Shown piece by piece: positions 47,716 through 60,500 of a stretch of DNA of 64,000 nucleotides. Within the stretch, counting starts at the first letter, position 1. Each line of letters begins with the position of its first letter. The notes beneath the pieces were generated by a model. That model made no database searches. It was given only the letters and a program-made list of their open reading frames with translations, and was not told the origin of the DNA. Source of the DNA: Marsupella aquatica (lineage: Eukaryota > Plantae > Marchantiophyta); assembly GCA_973895155.1 (NCBI GenBank), contig OZ316893.1, positions 186,001-250,000 of the forward strand. The letters run 5' to 3'. The position numbers were made by a program, and so were the translations under genes.

Positions 47716-48582
47716 TTACGGTACGGTGGCTACAGAGAGCAGATTGCCCGCCATCGCTCGCGGATATGAAGGAAATGCTAAGTCGAGCAGCAATTCCAAC
47801 CAGAAGAGAGAAGAGACGGGTACAAAGAAAGATAGCAGGAGAGCTAGAACTATAATCCGAGGATACATTTCTCTCGGGTTGTTCCTTAATCTTGACCAGA
47901 GAGATGCAGGTCGGTTGGATAGGTCTCGTGCTCCAGTCTCACTGATGCCGAAAACACTATCAGCGGCATCCCCTAAAAAGTACTCTACTTCTCCCTGACA
48001 TGGTCTGACCTCAGCCACATGCCGAACATGACTAGTATTAAGTTTAGGACATGCATCTTTATGATGTCCGGTTTTATAACATAAAGAGCTATCCTCGAGT
48101 ACTACCTTCTTCTTTGGCTTTACCTCTGCTATTATAGCCTTAAGCTGCTCAGTAAGAGCTACGATGTTATCTGGTGTTTTAGCTTCTAGCTTGACTTTCA
48201 ACTTCCCCCTCCTTCTACCCTTCTTTTTCCGAGATTTTTCTTCTTCAGAACTAGAAGATGACTCACTCTTGCTACTTCCACTATCCGAGCTTGAGTTATC
48301 ACTTCTTGACTTCTTAGAATGTTTCTTTCTCTTATCTTTTTTCTTATGGGGTGATCCCTCCTCCAATGAGGAACTCTCAGACTTGAGCTATTTCTTTCGG
48401 CTTGTGATGTCTGCATTAATGTATAATTGAATATCTCTAATTGCCTCGGCTAAAGTCTTTGGGTTCTCCTTCCTAATTGCAAAACTCATCTTCTGTGGCA
48501 AAGCATTCACCAACCATTGAAGTTGCATACCTTCAGATGCATTGGTCTTTGTGCCTCTTACCAGCTTTTGGAAGCGTTGCAA
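47716..48582 (-). pseudogene. Degenerate gag fragment of a relative of the 29.3-43.5 kb element
   Basis: 'QRFQKLVR...QLQWLVNALP..AIRKENPKTLAEAIRD' parallels 'QKFQKLAA...QLTWFLHGLP...VRQNNPISMQAAIAC'; the same Lys/Ser-rich tract and knuckle remnant 'CYKTGHHKDAC' follow. Confidence 0.8.
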
Positions 48583-48686
48583 GAACTTTTTGAAGGGAAA
48601 GTGCGCTGAAGGGGGAACTCGAGGATATCCGCGGAGCCCTGGAGCAGAAGGAAGCCGAGTTAGGAAAATCCTATCAGGCGATCATT

Positions 48687-49508
48687 GTGCTACGGCAGGA
48701 GCTCGCATCCATGATGGCCAGCTTCAAGGCCGACCTCCGTGAGAAAGACGACCAGCTTGATCAGACTTATGCCAAGATGAATAAAATGGAGTCTGAAGTC
48801 GTTATGGAGCTCGACAAGGAGCTGAGAGCAACCCAGGAGGAGAGGGCTACCTTAAAGAAGGAATTGGAGGAAGCCCAGAAGGAGCGGGAGGAGGCCCGCA
48901 AGGACCTAGATGAATTGCAGGAGGAGTTGGAGGAAAGCACGCGGAAGATGGAGAACTTACAGCGGCGAGCCGACAACCAAACGGAGCGGCTGAAGAAACA
49001 GGTCGCAGTATTTAAGTGTTTGGCTTCCTCAGGTCCAACTCCAATTGGGGCAACCAAGTTTCCAGGAGTAGTACTGGCCGAAGGACAAGCCGAGACACTC
49101 GCACCGGTGCCGGAGGTAAGTGGCAAGGGGAAGGGACCAATTGCCGAACCAAAGAAGAAGAAGAAGAGGAAACCTTCTCGGTCAGGGAGTAATACGGCTC
49201 CTCAAGCCATCGTGACCAAGGAGGTAAACCCAGCACCAACCTCAGGCAGGGTCACGGCAGAGGATCCAACTGCCCTAGAAGGCGGGGATGGCAAAGCCGA
49301 GGCCAGGATACTCGGTGATGAAGCCAGGGTACCGGATCCACCACTAGAACATGTCGGGGAGGCCGTGGCCGATGCTGAGGCCAAAGCCAAGGGTGGACCC
49401 AGTCAGGCCGATGGAGAGTTGACTCGGTCCGGAGCAGGTAATCTGTTAGAGGACGGACCTACGGTAGTGGCTGCGGAGGAAGTGTTGGGGGCGTCCATTG
49501 AGGACTAG
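48687..49508 (+). CDS. Coiled-coil ORF fragment with a basic NLS-like run (retrotransposon accessory ORF-like), 5' truncated
   Basis: 273-aa ORF; heptads 'LDKELRATQEERATLKKELEEAQKEREEARKDLDELQEEL'; PKKKKKRK; lies between the gag remnant and the LTR fragment, on the opposite strand. Confidence 0.5.
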   Translation: MLRQELASMMASFKADLREKDDQLDQTYAKMNKMESEVVMELDKELRATQEERATLKKELEEAQKEREEARKDLDELQEELEESTRKMENLQRRADNQTERLKKQVAVFKCLASSGPTPIGATKFPGVVLAEGQAETLAPVPEVSGKGKGPIAEPKKKKKRKPSRSGSNTAPQAIVTKEVNPAPTSGRVTAEDPTALEGGDGKAEARILGDEARVPDPPLEHVGEAVADAEAKAKGGPSQADGELTRSGAGNLLEDGPTVVAAEEVLGASIED

Positions 49509-50418
49509 ACACCACTACCATGACGGTGGTGGAGGGCCGCTCCTTTTAAGGAGGGCAGACGTGGAGGGAGGAGGCGTGAGTGGACAGGCGGGCTCAGATC
49601 TCCAAGTTTAGAATTAGGATCATGACCAAGGGGCGGCCCTGACACTTAGCTTAGTGGGATTGCGGATCCACTGGTAAGAGCAACACTTGTGCTCCTGCCT
49701 CGCTGTACATAGGTAGATTACAGTTAGGTAGATTACAGTAGGGTAGATTAAGCTTACGCTGCAAGGAATTAGGCAGATCCACTACCAGGATAAGTACCTG
49801 GGCAGCAGGGAGTTCAGGGCCTTCTTCCTTAGCAAGTTTTTAGTGCACCAGCAGGGCTGGGATCAAGTAGTTAAAGAAGCTCTTGGTTAGTTATACTGTG
49901 ACCCTTGTGTATATTCATGTTTCCTCATACCTAAGAGATGAATAGAGTTGGCCTCACGGCTTAGTTCGCAGATCTTGTATATGAGAAGTACTATTTGTAT
50001 GGCAAGTGCATGGTATAACTCAGTCAGAAGGAGTCATTTTGCTATTTGTGTGTCGCATTAACTTGTTAGAAGATTGCCCACATCAACCAAGAAGGGAGTA
50101 AGCAAGGTAGTAAGAGTTGGATGTGTCGAGCTGAGAGAGGTCTTAGCGGCTTACCCAAGCCAGTTGGGGATCATTCCGACGGCAGACGCCAAACATACCT
50201 AAAGGAAAACCGAGAGAGGAGGACAAGGGAAGGCCTAGAATAGGCCGACTACGTATCTCATGACCCGATGAAGGATCTGTCCAGTATATGTGAGTAAAAT
50301 GTTAATAGTAATAGTAGTAGAAGGAAGTTAGCAGCATCCCATGCCGCTAAGGCGCAAAATTGGCCTCGCCAAGAGTGAAACCTGCGGGAATCGGCTTGTG
50401 CAGAGGGGTTTCTTGGGT

Positions 50419-51367
50419 TTAGGGAGCCATGGGCCGCACCACAGGGCCTGCACTGGTGGTTGGTGGTCTGGTTCCCATGAAGTTTTGCAGGTGCTGGTAG
50501 AGGTTTTCGGAAGCAAGTGTAGACGGCCTTGTCGACCGGGTAGTGTTGAACTCGCTGTTGATGATGGCCTGGACCCGAGCGGGGATGTGGTCGAAGTGGT
50601 GCCGCTGTAAGTCGATCATGCCCGGGATAGTGAAGACCGCATTCGGAAGCCAAAGCAATGCCTCCCAAAAGCCAATGTATTTTCCCTCGTCGAAGAAGTA
50701 CCCTGATATTTCTTTGGGTCGGTAAAGCTCGCTCTGGGATGGGTAATCAAAGTTAAGGAGATAGTGGTGGCGGCCTGCTAGGCGGATGGCTCTCTCGTAC
50801 TCGCGTTCAATTTTGTATCGGTGCGGGTTGGCGTGTTTTAATGAGTCGGCCAAGTGCCCCCCGATAGACAGGAACTGCGTCCAGAATCGTATGGCCAAAC
50901 TAGAAAGGATCGTGTGCGACATTCAGAGGAGATGGAAGGCAACTAAGGATGGGCAAGAGAACTGGGGTCAAAGCTGGCGCATGGACTGAAGAACTGGTGC
51001 ACTGCAAAGGATCGGCCCCCTTTTTATACCCTGAGAGCTCGTCGGTCGCCCGACGCCTCCTCATCGCTTATAGGCCGAGCCTTTCATGCTTGCAATGTAC
51101 CAGCCACTCCGCCAGTCCAGGTCAGCGTGTGTGAGTGGCCACCTCCTGAAGTTTGTTATATGGACCCAAGGGGGGGCCCATTACACGCTCGCAACCCGGG
51201 CATGCAAATGGCGACCCGCCGCCAGCCCAAACACGAAAGCCCCTTATTGACTAATGATTTCCTACTCATAATGGCTACCTAAATACTGTCGTTACGCTAA
51301 TAATTATGGCCTAAGATACCCCTAATGCGCGTGCTAAGCGTGGTTAGGCCGAATCACTCATTACCCG
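50419..51367 (-). mobile_element. LTR fragment of a related family with a short (167-aa) version of the LTR ORF (50419..50922)
   Basis: Collinear with ~32395..33297, including the TATA box; 'MSHTILSSLAIRFWTQFLSIGGHLADSLKHANPHRYKIEREYERAIRLAGRHHY' is closely similar to the 882-aa ORF N-terminus; the terminal ~20 bp of the LTR are missing. Confidence 0.9.
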
Positions 51368-51559
51368 CGCGATGAAAGTGCAACCAGATTTCAGGAAACC
51401 AGATTTCAGGAAATTCTTAAAGGTCCACCTCAGCATTGTGGATGTGCTACGGTGATGGGGCGACGAGTTGAGTTGGCTGCAAGGGTGATGATTGAAGTTA
51501 GAAGCACTCAATGGTGGCTAGATCAGATGAAGGTAGGAAGTCCATTTTGTGAGCAAAAC

Positions 51560-52170
51560 ACCAAGGCACAATGCTTCCCGACCAAAATACCGGCCCAACC
51601 ATGGCGCATAAGGGAAACTGAAGGCAACAAGCATATTAAGGAACCAGATTGAAGGTGGGCAACAAGAATTCTAGAAAGCCAATGCTTCCCGATCAAAATA
51701 CCGGCCCAACCATGGCGCATAAGGGAAACTAAAGGCGACAAGCACATTAAGGAACCAGATTCAAGGTGGGTAACAAGAATTCTAGAAGGCCAATGCTTCC
51801 CAACCAAAATATCGGCCCAACCATGGCGCATAAGGGAAATTGAAGGCCATGAGCACATTAAGAAACCAGATTGAAGGCAGGCCAGGAATTCTAGAAGGCC
51901 AATGCTTCCCGACCAAAATACCAGCCCAACCATAGTGCAAAAGTGAATTTGAAGGCAACGAGCACAGTAAGGAACCAGATTAAAGGTGGGCGCCAAGAAT
52001 TCTAGAAGGCCAATGCTTTTCGACCAAGCTTTGTTTCCTTTGTATCACATTTCCCATGTACCTAATTGAATGGTGACACTTTTGATGCTAACGGAGTCCA
52101 AGGGTTTCAACATTGAATGCTATAGCTGCAAAAGAGTTTAATTGGAAATGTTATGGGAGTGCAAGATTGC
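51560..52170. repeat. Satellite B, second block (about 4 units plus associated flank)
   Basis: Same unit as 46120..47330; also TTGAATGGTGACACTTTTGAT.CTAACGGAGT shared with ~46485 and ~47092. Confidence 0.9.
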
Positions 52171-54899
52171 AAGTTCAGAGTCACCATCAATGCTAGTGGT
52201 GTATGAATATTTAAAAAATAATATTATGGGAGCCTACGATAACCACCCATAAGTCACCCTCATCAATACTAGCGGAGTTTAAAGGTTTTAAAAATAATAT
52301 TGTGGGAGTCCAAATGCTGCAACATGGAGACCGTGCATCGCATGTAGGAGACCGTGCATCGTGCTCCCTAAATACCTTGAAATGGCCTGAAGACCGGCCT
52401 CATTGCACGCACAGAAGATATGTACATGATAATATATATAGTGGGTCGTCTCCTTGATTTAGTCGCGTTTTTGTTGTATCTGATTGGCATGTACGTTCCG
52501 TTTGTGAGTACCTTATAGTGAGAATCCTCCTTGTCATCAAGTAAAGTCAAGAGGAGACCGATCCACACGGGTCAATGTTGTAACGTGCAAGGAAACAGTA
52601 AAAAAATTCCTCGCACGGTGTCATGAGGTTTCCATCCTAAAGGAGGAATCCTCATGTTTTGTGAAGGAAGTTGAAACCAATTTTTGCTTCTAACTTGGGC
52701 AAGTTGACTTGACTTGAGCTAACTTGACCAATGTGAAGGAGGAAGTAGAGTTATGAGGGTCAAGGTAGGGATGAGGTCGAGCCTACCCACCCTTGTTACT
52801 ATTGTGGGGTATGTTTTTCATTTGTGACCAGCGATTAAGTTATCATTTGACGGATTGGCGGAATGGAGGTTGCTTGCTCAACAAGCAAGGTATCTAGGGT
52901 TTTGGCGACATGGTGACCAGGTTCATTGAATACATGGAGGAGGTGACCAGGTTCAAGGCATGTAAGAGGGTTTGGTCCAAGTGCATCAGTTTTGTGAGAT
53001 ATGGGCCAGATTCCTAGTTTTGTGAAATAAGGACTAGATTCATTGAACCTACATCAACGGTGGATCTTGGTTGAGTCAATGGATGAATGGATAGGATTGA
53101 GGATGAGGACGTGCCTTAGGGTTTGGAGGAGGTCGAGGTTTTTTCGAAAGTGCGAAGCCTCATTTGGTTACAAAGTTACAAAGGATGGTATTTTGGCTCA
53201 TTTTTGACCCTTAGATCTTTTTGATGGATGATCAAGGGCTGAAAATTGTCGAGGACTTAAACCATAAGTGGAGGGCTTGTGCCTTGCCCCAGGCCTTCCC
53301 ACGAGAGTACTAAAGAGGAGAGTTCGAAGGGTGGGCTCTCTCTCACACCGTGATGCTGCTAAAGTGCTGCCGCTTTTGGCAGTTTTTGAGTCTTTGAGTA
53401 AGTTTTGAATAGGTAGGAGCGAACCTCTTGAGGGGAGCTCGAGCATGAGGCATGAGTGAAGGGGGAGCCCTCCTCCTTGGCCATGGCCTTAGGATTTTGA
53501 GGGTAGGAGATGTAGAGACAATTTTGTGAAGAGATAGATGGAGTAGAAGCTTTGAATGTGAAGAGATTGAGTTTTGTGACGGTTTTTCTAAGGATTTGGA
53601 GAGAGGTTTCGAATGTAGGAGAGGCTGACTCGAAGCCTTAGGAAGGAGGTAGGATGTGAGTAGGAAGTATAAGGAGCTTGCATGAGAGATTGCCCACAAG
53701 AAGGCATACTCGAATGTAGGTTTGTTGCTTCAAGTTTTGAGGAGAATGGACTTGTAGGAGATTTTCGAAAGCTTAGAGGAGATGAGACCTAATCTTGTTG
53801 AAGCTTGGGAGTCTTGCATTAGAGATGGCTCACTAAGAAGGCCTACTCTCTTGTAAACTCCTTGACTTGAAGCTTCGAAAGTAGATTTGGTTGAAAGAAG
53901 GAAGTATGAGAGAAGGAGACTAGGGTTTTGAAGCTTGGATAGGCTATGGAGGGATTTTGAATGCTTGGTTGATGATTAGACTTGGTGATGATTCATTTTT
54001 GCTAGGAGGGTCTTGCTTGTGACCCATGTTTTTACTTGGAGGCCATGATGCTACATGTGCCTTCTTGCTATGCATTTAGAGGAGAGGTATCCTCGTTTTT
54101 GAGATGTGTGTTGATGCCTTGCTTTGGCTATGAGTGATGGAATGGTTAGAATGAATGTCTTCATGCCATTTTCGAATGTTGTTGTGAGCTTGAAGGTGTT
54201 TTTGAAAGTAGATGGGTTGAATGAAGGTACTTTCGAAAGTAGTTATTATGCATGAGGGAAGTTGCAAGAGTAAAGAGTGAAGGCATTTTCGATTGATGGA
54301 ATGGGTTGTTTGTGGATTATACTTGGTGGTTCTACTAGAGGAAGGGACTAAGGTCAATTCCATGTTTGTTAAGGAGTTTGTTGACCAACCCTAGGTCACT
54401 TTTCGAAAGTAGTTTCCCATGTTTTGAAAGTTGGATGTTTGAATGGTGCATAGAGATGCCTTGCATACCTTTGGATGTCCCACTTGTCTTAGCCACAACC
54501 AAGAGTGACCCTTAACTTGACCACATTGATGTATGCTTGAACTTGTGTACCTTAGAGGGTTGCAAGGGATTGTGTGCAATCAAGTGTTGGAAAAGGAATG
54601 GTGACCAATTGAATGTTGGGCTTAGACTTGTGAGGATTACATTGGGAAGCTTGAACTAGTTATTTTGATTGTGATTGGATATGAGTATGTAAATGGCTTG
54701 AGTTTCGAAAGCATGCTTGCTTGCTTGTGATGATGTGGATGAAAGGTTAGGGTAGATACTTTGTCTTGTTTGCAACCGTTTCCTATCTCAAGCAGCCATA
54801 CACCCTGCGTGTCCCTTGAGGCCCTTTCCCACCTCTTTGCTTATCCTCAGGACAACGGGAACATTTTCTCCTTGATATACGCAAAATCTGGCATGGTTA

Positions 54900-56094
54900 T
54901 CACCTTGCTAGCATTTGTGATTCTATTGCGATGCGCATTACTTTGCAAAGGCGGGATTTTTTTTTGATTTCCTTTGTTGTTTGCGACGCTTTCAAGTTTG
55001 CAAAAGGTGTAGGTAGTGTTGTAGTGGTGGACAATGTTTTCTCAATCTGCTCTTCATCTCCCACTGGTTGTCCGCAAATGGCCAATTGTGCAACAATTCT
55101 GAATAGTTCGCTGTTGTAATCGGCAATAGTTTTTATGGTCTTGAACTCTAAGATTAACCCAATCATGCCTTGCTGCAGGTAGAAACATTGTGCGCCTGTG
55201 GTCAAATCTAGAGTGTAGGTCATCCTAGAGGATGCGGGGAATATATTCATTCATGCACTGGCGTTTTAGGGAGTCTACAAGGTGATGTCTAATTAGAATT
55301 AAGGCTTTAGCCTTCTGCTGCAAAGTCGGATCGGCATCTGTTAGAATGATGTCTTGCAGATCTTTAGAGGCAAGGTGTGCTTTGATATCTAGAGACCAAG
55401 ATAGATAGTTGGATCCGTCTATATTCAACGCTTGGAAGTAGAGTTTTTTGATAGTATTTGTGGTCATTGTGGGTGTCCAAAGAGTGAGGGGAATTTGTGA
55501 TTCTCAATTGAATGATCATTGTATGAGATACGGTAAAATGGGAAAGTCACTTATCTTTTGTAATTTGCGCCTGCACCTTTCTTCCCTTGTCCCAGAGTTA
55601 TTATTGGGTAGACATTTCTCGCTCAGCTGTTTGTAGTAGCATTCAACGCTGTCCGGATTTGAGGATTGGCTGCTTTGGATGTGCTCGGGGAGACTGGTAA
55701 GGCAAGATATTCGATTGTATCCTTGAATAAAGTTATGGAGATTGGTGAAATTGGTTGGCAATATCATTAGGCGATGAATGTTTGGTGGGATGGAATCGCC
55801 TATGTGGGAAATAAACTGATTTGCAATCCAAATCCCATGCCAATTTTTGACAGAAATTTACAGAGATCTGTGTATAATTTCGCAAGGAGACCCCTCCACA
55901 TATAATCTCACTTCTAAAGGAAAAAATTGAATGTGGATCATGCTGATAACGTGTTGAGTACTACATAGAATAGTCTTCTCATTGATGTAGGGAAACATAT
56001 ATACATAGAGGTAGTTACTCAGGTGGTTGTAGTAACTACCTTAGGTTAGTAGTTACACCATGATTTGGAGTAGACTTAACCTTAGGTTACAACA
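54900..56094 (-). mobile_element. Bianca-type Ty1/copia remnant: 143-bp 5' LTR (55952..56094), PBS, truncated gag
   Basis: LTR TGTTG...CAACA; minus-strand CGTTATCAGCA (55941..55951), the internal tRNA-Met-type PBS typical of Bianca; gag 'KLYFQALNIDGSNYLSWSLD...KAKALILIRHHL' and 'FKTI..YNSELFRIVAQLAICG....EEQIEKTLST'. Confidence 0.85.
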
Positions 56095-57526
56095 GCTTTT
56101 AAATATGTGGAGGAGGTCCACATTTGCAATGAAAATTATTCAGACAGAGGTCAAAGATTAATCGGATATTGGTCATCCTGACTTATTTCCTGACCAATCA
56201 GGTCCGCCTCGCTAGCCATTTCCAGTGTCACTAGCAAAATGTCCTGTTTTCTCCTTGAATTGACAGCCGAGGATTGAAGGCAACAACTGCCAGATTGGCA
56301 TTCCAGTGTCAAGAACATTAAATTTAGTGGTTGATTGCTGCCTGACTGTTTTTGGATTAATTCAAAGGAAGAATGGTGTCTTTCCACCAGACGTCTTCAA
56401 CATCTCACCCAAGCAAATTCAAGCCAAAAAGAAGAGATAACAGATTTAGCGCAGCTACTATGGTAACAGCAGGAGTTTTTATGATAGCAAGGTGTTCTCC
56501 TTCATTTGAATACCTACCTAATGCTCTGATTGTTATTACTTCTCTCTCAAGACCTTCTACACATGAATCTATTTTCTTGAAGTAGGCATGAGCCCAGCAG
56601 AAGCAACAGACGCATGCTACTCCACTATTCCTTGCAGAACTATGCTCCTTCTACGTTCACGCGCACGGTCTATGAGCTTTCGGATTCAATCATGCCGTCA
56701 ACGTACCAAAGTTCTACTGCAAATACAGTCCACTTTCCTGCCTTGTCCGATAATCCTTCACGATAGTACTGTACAGCGCATCATTCCATTCTCGCGTCAT
56801 TTGAGAATTATTCCCTTACGCCTTCCCTAACCCCAGAGTAGCTAACAAGCTTTCGAGCACGTTTCACGATCGTATCTTGCGAATCTGAGAAGCTCAGACA
56901 GTTGAGATGCAGATGGAACTCCATATCGATTTGGTCGAATCCAGACTGTCAACTCCCTTTGAAGCAGAAGAACATGGCCACTTCACTAGAATTGAATTAT
57001 CTAATCTTCGACATGGATGTATTTGAAGATCTGAATACATCCATCAGTCTCGGCCAAAGGCTTCCTGCAAGTCGATGAACTCGAAGACTCATTGCTTGAA
57101 GCTTTCTGCTGGTGGAGGTCGCCATCCGCGCATTTGATCTTTATGCCCTTGATTTTCGTCTCCTGTCACCAATGTGAGTTCCCTTCCAGTACCATGTTCA
57201 CAGCAAGGCAGCTACTGTAAGCAAACTCTTCTTTTGATCTAAGGACAATACTCAACTAAGACATCAAAAGAGGTTTCTACATATCAAGCCAACAGCTTGA
57301 TTTCACGCACCTATAATTTCGACACTCAAAACGAGACTTGCGTGACATTTAACTTACATGAAATGGTCTTTCAGCCAGAAGAGGGCTAGGTACAACCCCC
57401 AATTGCAGAATCTCAAAATTAATGTTACAGAATTGCGACACCCAAAACCTGATTGTATCTGCGCTGCCAATGACTACTGATTTGAAGTCACTTTCCAGCC
57501 AGCCCAACACAGCTTTCAATCTGGGT

Positions 57527-60500
57527 TCACCAGTAATCACCACAAGAACACATTCCATCTTTAAAATGGTGGAACCGATTTGCATCCCTTGCAATAATCT
57601 CGCGTCCGGTCACCTTAGAGATATACTTGGTTGCTGAGTGGCAATCTGAACACACCCGAAGGTTCTTACTTACACGAATAGGTTCTCCCCAAGGTAGGTG
57701 CATAAGTCCGTAAGCAATAGCCAACTTCTCACTATGAGAGCAAAGGGCTAGCTCTTTATCCTTTTCATTGATATCATGCAATACAAGCTGGGTATCCGGA
57801 ATGTAGCCTTCCGCCTTCAGTTTTTCACTCAATTTATTCAGCTCAGTATAGATCGCCTCCGCTTCTGGGTGAGATGTATCCCCCGCCACAAATTCATGAA
57901 TCTTGTTATGAACTTCGATCCAGCTACGTCCTGGCTCCTTCCGAACACCTCTCTCTTGCATCATAGTGCGCACAGATGACACCTTCTCCCACTTCCCAGC
58001 TGCAGCATAGATATTGGAGAGCAGCACATATGTAGAGGCCTTACCGGGTTCCAACTTGAAAAGCTCGTTAGCGGCCAGTTCACCCAGCTCCACGTTACCG
58101 TAAGTTCTACAAGCCCCAAGCAAGGCTGTCCAAGTTACATCATCTGGTTCGATCGGCATCTCACTGATCAACTGCTTTGCTTCTTCCACGTGTCCCGCCC
58201 GCCCAAGAATATCCACCATGACGGTATAGTGAAAAACAGTACGCTCGATACCATAATCTTGCGTCATAGCAGAAAAGATTCTACGGCCATCATCAACAAG
58301 GCCTCCATGAGAACAGGCTGACAATACCGCTGTGAATGACGTCTCGGTGGGCTTCACATGGTCTGCATTCATTTGTCTGAAAAGTTCCAGGGCTTCCTGC
58401 CCATATCCGTGTTGTGCAAGTCCACCGATCATTATGTTCCAAGTGACTACATCGCGTTTCTCCATTCTGTTAAAAACAAGTCGGGCGTCAGCTATACTGC
58501 CACTCTCTGCATACATGTGAACGAGTGCACTACCCACACGCAAATCCGACTCCAGTCCGGCTTTGCTAGCGTGGCCATGAACCTCCTTCACCCACTCCAA
58601 AGCCCCCGCACTTGCAGATGCATTCAGAATACTCGCATAAGTGACTGCATCTGGTTCAAAGCCTTCCCGTCTCATTTGGAGAAACAACCGATATGCTTCA
58701 TGCCCAGATCCATGTTGTGCAAGCCCTCCTATCATTACATTCCATGCGATTACATTGCGTTTCTCCATTCTGTTAAAAACAAGTCGGGCGTCAGCTATAC
58801 TGCCACTCTCTGCATACATGTGAACGAGAGCACTACCCACACGCAAATCCGACTCCAGTCCGGCTTTGCTAGCGTGGCCATGAACCTCCTTCACCCACTC
58901 CAAAGCCCCCGCACTTGCAGATGCATTCAGAATACTCGCATAAGTGAATGCATCTGGTTCAAAGCCTTCCAGTCTCATTTGGAGAAACAACCGATATGCT
59001 TCATGCCCAGATCCATGTTCTGCAAGCCCTCCTATCATTACATTCCATAAGATTACATCGCGTTTCTCCATTCTGTTAAAAACAAGTCGGGCGTCAGCTA
59101 TACTGCCACTCTCTGCATACATGTGAACGAGTACGCTACCCACACGCAAATCCGACTCCAGTCCGGCCTTGCTAGCGTGGCCATGAACCTCCTTCACCCA
59201 CTCCAAAGCCCCCGCACTTGCAGATGCATTCAGAATACTCGCATAAGTGAATGCATCTGGTTCAAAGCCTTCCCGTCTCATTTGGAGAAACAACCGATAT
59301 GCTTCATGCCCAGATCCATGTTGTGCAAGCCCTCCTATCATTACAGTCCATGTGATTACATCGCGTTTCTCCATTCTGTCAAAGACCAGTCGGGCATCAT
59401 CTATACTGCCAATCTTCGCATACATGTGAACGAGTGCACTACCCACACGCAAATCCGACTCCAGTCCGGCTTTGCTAGCGTGGCCATGAACCTCCTTCAC
59501 CCACTCTAAGGCCCCCGCACTTGCAGATGCATTCAGAATACTCGCATAAGTGAATGCATCTGGTTCAAAGCCTTCCCGTCTCATTTGGAGAAACAACCGA
59601 TACGCTTCATGCCCAGATCCATCTTGTGCAAGCCCTCCTATCATTACATTCCATGTGATTACATCGCGTTTCTCCATTCTGTTAAAAACAAGTCGAGCGC
59701 CAGCTATACTGCCACTCTCTGCATACATGTGAACGAGTGCACTACCCACACGCAAATCCGACTCCAGTCCGGCTTTGCTAGCGTGGCCATGAACCTCCTT
59801 CACCCACTCCAAAGCCCCCGCACTTGCAGATGCATTCAGAATACTCGCATAAGTGAATGCATCTGGTTCAAAGCCTTCCCGTCTCATTTGGAGAAACAAC
59901 CGATATGCTTCATGCCCAGATCCATGTTGTGCAAGCCCTCCTATCATTACAGTCCATGTGATTACATCGCGTTTCTCCATTCTGTTAAAAACAAGTCGGG
60001 CGTCAGCTATACTGCCACTCTCTGCATACATGTGAACGAGAGCATTACCCACACGCAAATCCGACTCCAGTCCGGCTTTGCTAGCGTGGCCATGAACCTC
60101 CTTCACCCACTCCAAAGACCCCGCACTTGCAGACGCATTCAGGATGCTCACATAAGTGACTGCGTTTGGTTCGAAGCCTTCCCGTCGCATCTGGAGAAAC
60201 AATCGATAAGCTTCATGCCCACTTCCGTGTTGTGCAAGTCCACCGATCATTACAGTCCATGTGACTACATCGCGTTTCTCCATTCTCTCAAAAACAAGTC
60301 GGGCGTCATCTATACTGCCACCCTTTGCATACATGTGGACCAGTGCAGTGCCCACACGCAAGTCTGACTCCAGTCCCACTTTGCTAGCATGTCCATGAAC
60401 CTCCCTCACCCACTCCAAAGACCCCGCACATGCAGACGCATTCAGGATGCTCACATAAGTGACTGCGTTTGGTTCGAAGCCTTCCCGTCGCATCTGGAGA

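Noticed and set aside
52579-54770. GT-rich, LTR-like segment starting TGTAAC
   Set aside because: Probably TE-derived, but no matching end, TSD or coding motif could be established.
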